Positions 10,351-19,197 of a stretch of DNA of 57,996 nt are shown here, in pieces. Numbering within the stretch: the stretch's first letter is position 1; every line of letters begins with the position of its first letter. Source of the DNA: Anaerolineae bacterium (GTDB lineage: Bacteria; Chloroflexota; Anaerolineae; B4-G1; DUEL01); the NCBI GenBank assembly GCA_034434635.1, contig DAOTYX010000118.1, positions 1 through 57,996 on the forward strand. Reading direction: 5' to 3'. Made by a program: the position numbers and the translations under genes. The notes beneath the pieces are model-generated. The model did no database searches, was not told the DNA's origin, and saw nothing but the letters and a program-made list of their open reading frames with translations.

Positions 10351-13097
10351 CCGCCCAGTATTATAGCATCCTCTCCGGCCAGCGGACAGTCGGCCCCGCG
10401 GACGGGCAGACGGGCCATGCTCGTCAGGTCATACAGGCCGGCCAGGAGGCGGTACTCGCCAGGGGGCGCGCCCTCGGGCAGGGAGAGCCGGTAGCGGTCG
10501 GGGACCACTTCGCCCGGCAGCCAGTGGTTGGTGGGGTGGCGCCCCGCCTGCGGCTGCGCATCGGCCTGGTCGTAGACCTGCCCGTCTGGCCCTACCAGGT
10601 GGAGAAAGACGGTGTAGGCGCGGTCGGTGAACGCCAGCGCCTGCCAGTAGAGCGTCACCTCGATGGCACCCTCTTCGGGTGAGACCTCGGCGCCGGCCAG
10701 GGCCAGGCTCTCCCCCAACCGGCAGCCGAGTGGGGAAACGCCGGTCGGCAGGGTGAAGGTGCGCGTCACGTCCACCTGCACCGAGCCGACCGAGAGCCGG
10801 CCGTCCGCCGAGGCAGCCCAGACCGTCGTCGGCCCGCCGGCAGCGTAGGGGGAGACCGGCACACGGCGGATGGTGCGATAGCGGTCGCCGGCGGCCCAGG
10901 CAGATGTCGCGCCGGGCTCAGGGAGCAGCGACACCGCCTCCCCGTCGCCCACGCTCAGACGCGGCTCCTCAAAGGGGCCAGTCACCCGCCAGATCGCCTC
11001 AACCTGCACCTCCTCGCCCGGCGGGACCACCGTGGGACGGATGGCGGCGGCCTCCAGCACCAGCCCGCCCAGGCTGGCGGAGACCACCTGCCCGGCGGCC
11101 AGGGTAGCGGTGAAGGGATGAGCCGGCGGGGAGATGGTCAACGGTCCGACCGTTGCCGCGCCGTGAGGGGGCCCGCCGGGCTCGTACACCACCAGCCGCA
11201 GGCGGTAGAAGTCGCCAGGCGGCGTTCCGGGGAAGGGGAAGAGAGCGTAGCGGCCCAGCACCGGCTCGTCCAGGGGCCAGCGGCCCGCTACCAGATAGGG
11301 GCCGCTGATCATGCCGTCAGCGCGGCCCCACTCCACGCCGTCTGTGTCCTCCAGGCGAGCCGAGACAGCCAGATGGAGGGGCAGCGACGCACGCGCCTGC
11401 CAGTAGCATGCGGCCAGCACCGCCTCGTCGCCTGGAGTCAGCGGCAGAACACAGCCCAACGGGTCCAACGGCAGGTCCAGGTTGGTCTCGAGGGATGGAG
11501 TGAGATCCGGACCACAGACAGCGGACGGCAGCGGTCCGTGGTCCGTGGTCCGTGGTCCATCGTCCGGCAACGGCAGACACTCCGGGAAGAGTCGGTAATG
11601 ACGGAGCCGCAGGCCGGTCGGCTGCTCCGTCAACGGCACCTCCTCGCCCACCTGCTCCAACAGCGCCGCGACCACGCCGGTGGGGTCCACCATCTGCGGC
11701 TCCCACTCCACGAGCCACGCCCCGGAACGCCCGGCGAGCAGGTCGTTGAGCAGCGCGGCGGTGTTGCGGTAATGGAGCACGTGGTTGACGTTGAGGATGG
11801 GGTCATCAGGCAGGGCTGCCCAGCCGTCTGGCCCGGCGTAGTACTGCCAGGCGGGGAAGATCGGCCCGGGGACGAGCAACACGATCTCGTCATCGGCCAT
11901 CTGTGTCTGGACCAGGCGGGCGGCGGTGCGGAAGTCGCTGCGGGCGAAGGCGGGGTCGAAGTAGAGGTGACGTAACCCCAGGCCGGCGGTGGCGACCAGG
12001 GCGGCCAGCAGGAGCACCGCCGTCGCCGCGCAGACGGCGCGCCAGCGGCCTGCCCGCTTCAGCAGGCCGTCCACGGCCATCGCCGGCAGGAGGAAGAGCG
12101 GCGGGGCGGCCAGGATCAGGTAGCGTGGGGAGAACTTGGGGACGTGGCGGAAGAGCCAGGCCATCAGCGCCACCGGCACGACGAAGTGGGCCAGGAGCAG
12201 CAGCGATGTCCACCAGCCTCCCTTCCGCCACGAGAACAGCAGCGTTATCAGGCCAGCCAGGCAACCCGCGCCCCACACTACCAGCGCTGCTGTCTCCTCG
12301 GCGGCGGTCATCATCTCCCCGGTGACGAAGCCGCGCACGGCCCCGGCGAGCACGAAGCGCCAGTCGAGCAGGCCTGGCCAATAGCCTGCGTTCTCTCCCC
12401 AGAAGCGCAGGGCATAGACAGCCCACGGCAGCCAGAGGAGCAGCGCCGCGCCCAGTGCCAGCCCACCGCGCAGAAGCCTCTGGGATTCCGCGGACTTCCG
12501 AAGTCTGAAAAGAAGGAGCGCGGCGTGGAAGGCAAACAGGAACAGGCTGGTGGTCTGCGTGTACAGCATCAACCCGTCCAGGAGCGTGAGGCCCACCCAG
12601 TACTGCCAGCAGCGCGGGTGGCGGAGCGCGCGGAGGAGGAGCATCGTCGCCAGCAGGCCGAGGAGTGCCTGGAGGATGTACATCCGCACGTTCTGGCTGT
12701 GCCAGATGTACAGCGGAGAGAGCGCCGCCAGCAACCCCGCCAGCAACCCTGCCCGCCAGGAGCGCAGGTCGGCGCCCAGGCGGACGAAGCCAGCCACCAG
12801 CAGCGTGCCGGCCCAGACGGACAGGAAACGCGCGGCGAACTCCGTCTGCCCGGCGACGGGCAGCCACACCGCGAGCAGTTCGCCGTGCAGCGGGGGGACC
12901 AGGTCGCGGGAGGACCAGAAGAACGCCTGCGCCGGCCCCAGCCCGGCGGTATAGACGGCGTACCCCTCGTCGTACCAGAAACTCTGGCCGTCCAGCCGAT
13001 ACAGACGCAGCGCCCAGGTCAGGAGCAGCAGGATGAGGACGAGGAAACCCAGTCGCCGGTAGGGGGCAAAGGGTTGCGACGAGGTCTGAGCGTGCAT
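10332..13097 (-). CDS. GT-C (GT39/PMT_2-like) glycosyltransferase with Ig-like domains, ~921 aa
   Basis: Start taken at ATG 13097 (MHAQTSSQ), 7 nt after the GT4 stop. QSFWYDEGYAVY, VPPLH, SQNVRMY motifs; C-terminal HWLPGEVVPDRYRL...PPGEYRL. Confidence 0.85.
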   Translation of the reverse strand: MHAQTSSQPFAPYRRLGFLVLILLLLTWALRLYRLDGQSFWYDEGYAVYTAGLGPAQAFFWSSRDLVPPLHGELLAVWLPVAGQTEFAARFLSVWAGTLLVAGFVRLGADLRSWRAGLLAGLLAALSPLYIWHSQNVRMYILQALLGLLATMLLLRALRHPRCWQYWVGLTLLDGLMLYTQTTSLFLFAFHAALLLFRLRKSAESQRLLRGGLALGAALLLWLPWAVYALRFWGENAGYWPGLLDWRFVLAGAVRGFVTGEMMTAAEETAALVVWGAGCLAGLITLLFSWRKGGWWTSLLLLAHFVVPVALMAWLFRHVPKFSPRYLILAAPPLFLLPAMAVDGLLKRAGRWRAVCAATAVLLLAALVATAGLGLRHLYFDPAFARSDFRTAARLVQTQMADDEIVLLVPGPIFPAWQYYAGPDGWAALPDDPILNVNHVLHYRNTAALLNDLLAGRSGAWLVEWEPQMVDPTGVVAALLEQVGEEVPLTEQPTGLRLRHYRLFPECLPLPDDGPRTTDHGPLPSAVCGPDLTPSLETNLDLPLDPLGCVLPLTPGDEAVLAACYWQARASLPLHLAVSARLEDTDGVEWGRADGMISGPYLVAGRWPLDEPVLGRYALFPFPGTPPGDFYRLRLVVYEPGGPPHGAATVGPLTISPPAHPFTATLAAGQVVSASLGGLVLEAAAIRPTVVPPGEEVQVEAIWRVTGPFEEPRLSVGDGEAVSLLPEPGATSAWAAGDRYRTIRRVPVSPYAAGGPTTVWAASADGRLSVGSVQVDVTRTFTLPTGVSPLGCRLGESLALAGAEVSPEEGAIEVTLYWQALAFTDRAYTVFLHLVGPDGQVYDQADAQPQAGRHPTNHWLPGEVVPDRYRLSLPEGAPPGEYRLLAGLYDLTSMARLPVRGADCPLAGEDAIILGGMTNNQ
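10360..10368 (-). promoter_or_regulatory. Extended -10 element (TGcTATAAT), internal promoter candidate
   Basis: Minus strand GCTATAATACTG lies in the 3' end of the upstream CDS using GC-genome-rare ATA ATA codons. Function is inferred. Confidence 0.45.
11509..11567. repeat. Heptamer repeats in two opposite orientations inside a CDS
   Basis: ggaccac agacagc ggacggc followed by (ggtccgt)x3 ggtccat cgtccgg; encodes DDGPRTTDHGPLPSAVCGP. Confidence 0.7.
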
Positions 13098-13104
13098 CAA
13101 CCGC

Positions 13105-14286
13105 TCAGCCTCCCGCGCCGGCGGCCTGCGGGAGGCTCCGTCCCAGGAAGGACGCGGTCTGTCGGGCAATGCGCTCCCAGGTGAACTGCGCCGCCAGCGC
13201 CGTCGCGCCCGCCTCCAGCCGTGCGCGCAGCGCCGGATTGGCGGCCAGGCCCGCCACCGTCTCTGCCAGCGCCTCGGGGTCGCGCGGGGGGACCAGCAAC
13301 ATGTTCTCCCCGTCGCGAACCTCCGGCAGGGGCACCGTCGGGTGGGTGGTGACGACCGCCCGGCCGTGGGTCAGGCAGGCGTGCAGGGTCCCCCGGCGGA
13401 AGGAGACCCCATCCCGGTAAGGGAGTACGCACACGTCCGTGGCAACGAGGCCGGCGGAGACCTCCTGGGGGCTCGTGTAGCCGGTCCAGTGCACGCGCTC
13501 CTGCAGCCCCAGTTGGGCGATCAGGCCTTCGACGCGGGCGGCGTCGGCACGGTTGGTGGGGTCGGAACTGCCCACCCGCCCGCCGACCATCAGCAGGTGG
13601 GCCGGGAGGCCGCGGGCGACCAGCAAGGCGAGCGCGCGGATCAGTTCTACGACCCCTTTGCTCTCGTTCAGGAAACCGAAGTAGCCCAGCAACAGATCAT
13701 CGGGGGAGAGGCCCCAGCGGGCGCGCGCGCCATCCCGGTCATAGTCCGGCGGGAGGGCGAGGGGAATGTTGCTGCCGATGGGGATGAGGCTAAGGCGGCT
13801 AGAGGGCACAGCCCCCTCGAGCCGCAGGTAGTCCTCCTGGTTGGTGGTGATGACGCCGTCACAGCGGCGCATCAGCAGGCGCAACGCCTGCCAGCGCAAC
13901 GGGCCAGCCTTGGGGAACAGGTAGGGCACCCGCAGGTCGTGGAAGGTGACCATGGCTGGCGGTCGTTCGGCGCGATGTGGCGCGAAGTGGATCGCCGGGT
14001 GCATGCGGTAAGCAGCGGCCTGGTACTGGATGTCCAGCACGTCCAGGCGTTCCTGCCGGGCCACGTCGAGCACCTCGCGCCAGCAGCCCCAGCGCCAGCC
14101 GCTCACCACACGGTGCACGACGAGGTCGGTGTCTGGCGCGCCCTCGCCCGCGGTGGTCACGACGTGCACCTGATGGCCCAGGCGGACCAGCGCACGCCCC
14201 AACTGCTGGGTGAAGTCCCCTACGCCGCCCTGGTCAGGCGGGTACTCGCCGGTGACCAGTCCCACGCGCATCGGCTGCGGCTCCAT
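13105..14286 (-). CDS. Glycosyltransferase family 4 (GT-B)
   Basis: RVGLVTGEYPPDQGGVGDF N-terminal motif; FGFLNESKG; LPYRDGVSFRRGTLHACLTHG. Confidence 0.9.
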   Translation of the reverse strand: MEPQPMRVGLVTGEYPPDQGGVGDFTQQLGRALVRLGHQVHVVTTAGEGAPDTDLVVHRVVSGWRWGCWREVLDVARQERLDVLDIQYQAAAYRMHPAIHFAPHRAERPPAMVTFHDLRVPYLFPKAGPLRWQALRLLMRRCDGVITTNQEDYLRLEGAVPSSRLSLIPIGSNIPLALPPDYDRDGARARWGLSPDDLLLGYFGFLNESKGVVELIRALALLVARGLPAHLLMVGGRVGSSDPTNRADAARVEGLIAQLGLQERVHWTGYTSPQEVSAGLVATDVCVLPYRDGVSFRRGTLHACLTHGRAVVTTHPTVPLPEVRDGENMLLVPPRDPEALAETVAGLAANPALRARLEAGATALAAQFTWERIARQTASFLGRSLPQAAGAGG

Positions 14287-17200
14287 TTAGCGGGCCAGCA
14301 GCGCGTGGACGCGCGGGCAGTTCAGGAAGGAGGCGCGGAGGCCCTCGGGGAGGTCGTCGGCAATGGCCTGCACGGCGGCGCAGGCCGCCTGATGGGCCTG
14401 CGGCTCGTCTGCCAGCGCTTCACCCGCCTCCCAGGTCAGGGGCAGGCATCCCAGTTCTACACCGGTCTCCAGTGCGCGCTTGATGTCCTCCCGCACGCCA
14501 CGGGCCAGACCGCGCCACAGGTATCCCCAACCGGCAAGTTCGGCATACCCACCCGGGATAGCCAGGGATAACAGTTCATCTGCCCGTTGGCCTGCCTGGT
14601 TGGGTTGGCCGAGGAGAAGACAGGCCCGCGCAAGGTCCCGCAGTGCCTGTGCGTGGAACCACTGCAGGCCGCCGTAGGCGGCCAGGGAGACCGCGCTCTC
14701 CAGCGAGTTGAGCGCTGCCTCCGTCTGGCCCAGGCCCAGGTGGGCCATACCGATGCCGCGTATGGCGGAAATGGTGACGACGTGGGTCAGTCCGGCCACC
14801 TCCAGCGCCTGCTGGTAGGCCGTCAATGCGGACGCGGCCAGTTGCAGGCTGGCGTAGGCATCCCCCTGAGCCACCAGAGCGATGACGCGCGCGTCCCGAA
14901 AGCCCTCCTGGTTGAGGGTGGCGAAATCGGTCAGGCGCAGCACCGTGCCATAGTGGCCCATCATCGCGTGAACCCAGGCGGAGCAGGCCTTGCAGACGTA
15001 GGCGATCAGCGGTGATTCGGCCTGCTGGGCTGTTTGGAAGCCCTGTTCCGCGTGGGTGATCGCAGCGTCATACCGGCCCCGGTAGCCCAGCACCAGGCCG
15101 GTGAAGCCCTGGCTTGCGCCGACGTAGACCTGTTCGCCAGCGCGGGCGGCCATTTCCCGGGCCTGGGCGAAGTACCGCAGGGCTTCTTCCAGGTTGCCCT
15201 TGAGCATCGCGACCAGGCCGGCGTTGTGGAAGGCCTCACCGCGCGGGTCATAGCCCGGCCAGTGGCGGGTGTCTCCCACCAGGCGCAGCCCTTCGGCGAT
15301 ACTCGCCTGCGCGGCGTCCAGTTGCCCGGCTTTGGCCTGCCCCTGCGCCAGAGCGAGCAACGCCACGCCACGGCTCCAGTCGGCCCCGGCGGCCTCGAGT
15401 TCGCGGCAGGCGGCCAGAGAGTTCTCAATCATCGCGGAGATGTCGCCGCGGTGGGCGGAGACCACCGCAGCGCTCTGGAGCGCGTGACCGCGCAGGAGCG
15501 GGTCCTGCGTCCGATTACCCATCTCCATCAGCCGCTGCCAGACCGTGTTGGCGGCGTCGAAGTTGCCGAGCATGGTGTGAGCGGTCGCACACTCGTGATA
15601 GAGGTCGGCCAGGCGTTGTCGCTCGAGACGGATGTTATGTTGCTGGATGATCTCCATCGCCTGTTCGTAGTAGTGCACCGCCTCACGCAGCGCCCAGGAA
15701 CCTTTGGCCCGGTCGCCGGCCCGGTGGAGGTAATGAACTGCTTTTTCCCACATCTCGCCGCCGCAGGCGTGGTAGGCCAGTGCGCTGCTGTGCTCCTCCA
15801 GGCGCCCACTATAGATCTCCTCCATCGCTGCCAACACACGCCGGTGGATGTTCAGCCGGCGGGTCATCAGGATCGCCTCGTAAGCCACTTCACGGATCAG
15901 GGAGTGGCTGAAGGTATAGGCGCGTCCTTCTTCCCCTTCCAGAGCGTAGTAGCGGATGAGGTTATTCTCCAGGAGCGTCCGCAGGTGTTGGTCCAGCAGG
16001 CTTTCATCCAGGGTGACTCTGGCCAGCAGTCGGCGGGTGAATATCCGGCCGATGACCGCAGCCTGGTAGAGCGTCTCCTTCACTAACGGGGGAAGATGGT
16101 CCACGCGGCTGGTCAGGAGGATGCGCAGGGTGTCGGGGATCTCGATCTGCTGCAAGGGGTGTGTTGCTCTCCACTGACCGTTCTGTTCGATCAGGATCCC
16201 CTTCTGGATCAGGGAACGCAGAGTCTCCTCGACGAAGAGCGGATTCCCTTCAGCGTGTTCCAGGATCTGCCTCTGGATATCGTGGGGGACCACGCCGCCT
16301 TGCAGCAGGTTCCGGGTCAATGTGATCGTCTCGTCTGGGGAGAGCGGTATCAGGGAGATGTCGCTCCAGTCCACTTCGCCCGGCTCCAGAGGCTCCTGCC
16401 CCAGCGCTTCGCGGATCGGCTGACGGGAGAGCAGGATGAAGAAGCAGGGGACTTCCGTGGTGAGCGGCAGGAGGCGGCGCAACATCTCCATCGTGCTGGG
16501 GTCGGCCCACTGGAGGTCCTCCAGGACGACGACGGTGGGGCGCTGACGGGCCAACCCGGCGAAGAAGAGGCGCAGGGTCGTCAGGGTATGTCCGCGTACC
16601 CCTTCCGCGGAGAGGGCGTCCAGCACCTCTGCCGATTCAGGGTCTGGTCGCACCTGAAGGAGGTTCAGGATGAAGGGATAGATCTCCCGGGCGGAGTCGG
16701 GCAGCAGCAGTTTCAGTACCTCCAGGACCTGACGTCGTATTTCCTCCTCGGTCTGTTCCTTCACGCCAGCCCAACGCCACAGCAGGTCCTGAAAGGGCAG
16801 GAGTGGCTGGTGGTTGTTGTAAGAGAAAGCGTGTCCTTCCAGCCACTGCAGGTCGGGATAACGAGAGCGCACTTCCTCCACCAGGCGGGACTTGCCCAGG
16901 CCGGCCTCACCGGTGATGGCGATGACCCCGCCGCGTCCTGCACGCAGGCGGGCCAGGCCGCTTTCCAGAGTGTGCAGTTCTTCCACGCGGCCCACCAGCG
17001 GCGAGGTAAGCGTGGCCATCGGCCAGCCGCTGACGTGCTCTTCCCGTCCTCCCACCAGCAGGTAGATCGGCATCGCATCCATCCGCCCGCGCACACGCAA
17101 TGGGGGGAGCGGGAGGAAATCGAACCGCGGATGGGCCTGGCGGTAGGTGCTCTCGCCCACAAGAATCTGCCCCGGTTCGGCCAGGTGCGCCAGGCGGTTG

Positions 17201-17706
17201 GCCAGATTGACCGCATCGCCCATCACCGAATAGGCCGCCAGGCCGACCTCGCCGGCAAAGACGTGGCCGGTGTTCACGCCGCAGCCGAAGGTCAGCGGTT
17301 GCGGCAGGTGACGCCCTTCGGTCTCGTTGAAACGCTTCAGGGCACTGGCCATCTCCAGGGTTGTGCGCAGCGCCCGCACGGTGTCGTCTTCATGGGTCTC
17401 CGGAGCGCCGAAAACGACCATGATCTCCTGCCCGACAAACTTGTCCAGCGTGCCGCCGTATTTGTAGATAGGGGCAGCCAGACTCTCCAGGCAGGAGTTG
17501 ATCAGTCGCCGTGCGTCTTCCAGGGGAAGATGCTCGGAGAGGGCCGGGAGGCCAGGAAGACAGGCGAACAGGACCGTCACCAGACGGCGCTCGCCGGTCA
17601 CGGGGTAGATGGGAGTGGAGACGCCATCTCGGGAGATTCGCTGGCCGCACTGGCCGCAGAAGGAGAACAGGTCAGGGTTCTCGAACCCACAACGAGGGCA
17701 CTTCAC
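14287..17706 (-). CDS. Zn-ribbon + degenerate class III nucleotide cyclase + STAND AAA ATPase + TPR protein, 1139 aa
   Basis: CPRCGFENPDLFSFCGQCG; cyclase fold motifs (GDAVNLANRL); Walker A GEAGLGKS; Walker B VVLEDLQWAD; GNPLFVEE; TPR tail. Confidence 0.9.
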   Translation of the reverse strand: MKCPRCGFENPDLFSFCGQCGQRISRDGVSTPIYPVTGERRLVTVLFACLPGLPALSEHLPLEDARRLINSCLESLAAPIYKYGGTLDKFVGQEIMVVFGAPETHEDDTVRALRTTLEMASALKRFNETEGRHLPQPLTFGCGVNTGHVFAGEVGLAAYSVMGDAVNLANRLAHLAEPGQILVGESTYRQAHPRFDFLPLPPLRVRGRMDAMPIYLLVGGREEHVSGWPMATLTSPLVGRVEELHTLESGLARLRAGRGGVIAITGEAGLGKSRLVEEVRSRYPDLQWLEGHAFSYNNHQPLLPFQDLLWRWAGVKEQTEEEIRRQVLEVLKLLLPDSAREIYPFILNLLQVRPDPESAEVLDALSAEGVRGHTLTTLRLFFAGLARQRPTVVVLEDLQWADPSTMEMLRRLLPLTTEVPCFFILLSRQPIREALGQEPLEPGEVDWSDISLIPLSPDETITLTRNLLQGGVVPHDIQRQILEHAEGNPLFVEETLRSLIQKGILIEQNGQWRATHPLQQIEIPDTLRILLTSRVDHLPPLVKETLYQAAVIGRIFTRRLLARVTLDESLLDQHLRTLLENNLIRYYALEGEEGRAYTFSHSLIREVAYEAILMTRRLNIHRRVLAAMEEIYSGRLEEHSSALAYHACGGEMWEKAVHYLHRAGDRAKGSWALREAVHYYEQAMEIIQQHNIRLERQRLADLYHECATAHTMLGNFDAANTVWQRLMEMGNRTQDPLLRGHALQSAAVVSAHRGDISAMIENSLAACRELEAAGADWSRGVALLALAQGQAKAGQLDAAQASIAEGLRLVGDTRHWPGYDPRGEAFHNAGLVAMLKGNLEEALRYFAQAREMAARAGEQVYVGASQGFTGLVLGYRGRYDAAITHAEQGFQTAQQAESPLIAYVCKACSAWVHAMMGHYGTVLRLTDFATLNQEGFRDARVIALVAQGDAYASLQLAASALTAYQQALEVAGLTHVVTISAIRGIGMAHLGLGQTEAALNSLESAVSLAAYGGLQWFHAQALRDLARACLLLGQPNQAGQRADELLSLAIPGGYAELAGWGYLWRGLARGVREDIKRALETGVELGCLPLTWEAGEALADEPQAHQAACAAVQAIADDLPEGLRASFLNCPRVHALLAR

Positions 17707-17867
17707 CCGGCGGCTCCTTTTCGATGTGAGTTGGACAGACAGGTTCTGGTATCAATCGGGTTCAATCGTGTGACGCGAGCCAGCGAAGCGATGTCGGCTA
17801 TGTAGAGGGAGTGTCACCGACGATACATCTCCGATGCCGGAGCGACGGCCAGGAGCACCGGCAGGCG

Positions 17868-18866
17868 CTACCACCAGGGTCGGAAGGAGGTGCTTGTCGT
17901 TGCTGTTATGCCCTGATGTTCAACCTGCACTTCGACGATGACCCTCCGCCCCATCGGGGAGGGTTGGAGGGGGAAGCTGACCTGAGAGGTGCCTCGCGCG
18001 TCAGTTTCTGGCAGGGCATAGGCGACATCCTGATTGGCGTAGTGCACCACGATGGTCGGATGCGCTCCGCTCACCGGTTGCCTCTGCTCATCGGTTACGT
18101 AGACGTAGACTGTCTGTGGATTTCCGGGGCTGGCGAGGGCATAGCGCACCGCTGCGGAGAGGCGGAGAGAGCGCGCCACAGGCGTCGCCACCGTTCGTCC
18201 TGGCGAGATGATCGGAGGGGCCGGTTGCCGCATGCGCACCTCAGGGGGGATGTTGAAGCGATAGATCGCTTCCAGGCCCAGCGAACCCACCGTGACCCGG
18301 TCGTCAGGGGGGCGTTCAGGGCGCCATTCCATACGCATGCGCTGGAAGTACTGCACCAGGTACGGCCCTTCCGACAGCGGCTCGGAGATGGGGTAGCCGA
18401 AGACATCCAGCCCCCCACGCCGGTTAAAGAGGTCAAGAAAAGCGTAGGAAACGATGTGGCCCGTCTCCGGGAAGACCCGGTGCAGGCGGCCATTGGCTGG
18501 CCATTGTTCGCGCGGCACGGGAGGTTGGTGGTAACCCATCTCCTCACCCAGCAACCCCAACTGCACCTCATAGGGTGGAGGGTTCTCTGGATGCCATTCC
18601 ATTCGTGCATTGTCGAAATACTGCACCCAACGTCCGCCGAGGCGTATTTCCTGGAAAACCTCGGTCTCCGGGTAGCCGAAGGTAGCCAGGCCTCCGTGGG
18701 CATTGAAGAACTCGAGGAAAGGGCCGCAGATGTAATGACCAGAACTGAAGTATTGGCACTCGTCCTGCGGGAAGGTCTGCTGGGACTGCTGAGCAGCCAG
18801 GAGCGGCGAGACGGACAACCCGGCGAGCAAGAGCACGATGAACCATACCATCCAGCGGGCGCGCAT
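17868..18866 (-). CDS. Secreted protein with two FPETGH-type repeats and C-terminal Ig-like domain, ~332 aa
   Basis: Signal-peptide-like MRARWMVWFIVLLLAGLSVSPLLA (ATG 18866); repeats GHYICGPFLEFF..GG...FGYPETE and PETGHIVSYAFLDLF..GG...FGYPISE..VQYFQRMRME. Confidence 0.8.
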   Translation of the reverse strand: MRARWMVWFIVLLLAGLSVSPLLAAQQSQQTFPQDECQYFSSGHYICGPFLEFFNAHGGLATFGYPETEVFQEIRLGGRWVQYFDNARMEWHPENPPPYEVQLGLLGEEMGYHQPPVPREQWPANGRLHRVFPETGHIVSYAFLDLFNRRGGLDVFGYPISEPLSEGPYLVQYFQRMRMEWRPERPPDDRVTVGSLGLEAIYRFNIPPEVRMRQPAPPIISPGRTVATPVARSLRLSAAVRYALASPGNPQTVYVYVTDEQRQPVSGAHPTIVVHYANQDVAYALPETDARGTSQVSFPLQPSPMGRRVIVEVQVEHQGITATTSTSFRPWW

Positions 18867-19070
18867 TTTGTGACTCCTCTCAAGCCAGGTCGAAACTCGA
18901 CAAAATCGACCCACAACCCTCCGAACAACCCCCTGGCCGACGTACCCCGCGTCGGCAGGCGGCATTGGGATGCTGCCCTGCGGTTAGTCGGACAAGCACC
19001 CAGTAGTACATTTTACAACAATCTCTCTATTTTTGCAATAGGTTTAGAAGTTACGCAGTTGATCTTTATT

Positions 19071-19141
19071 GCCACGAATTGCACGAATTTCACGGATGGA
19101 GAGAAACGAAAAAAATCGTGTCCATTCGTGAAATTCGTGGC
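19071..19141. repeat. Imperfect palindrome built from CACGAATT units (possible bidirectional terminator)
   Basis: gccacgaatt gcacgaatt tcacggatgga ... tccattcgtgaaattcgtggc, in an AT-rich spacer downstream of guaA. Confidence 0.7.
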
Positions 19142-19197
19142 GAATTTCAAAGGTTTATCCGCCAACTGTGCAAGTCCTAAGGTTATTCAGGACACAA

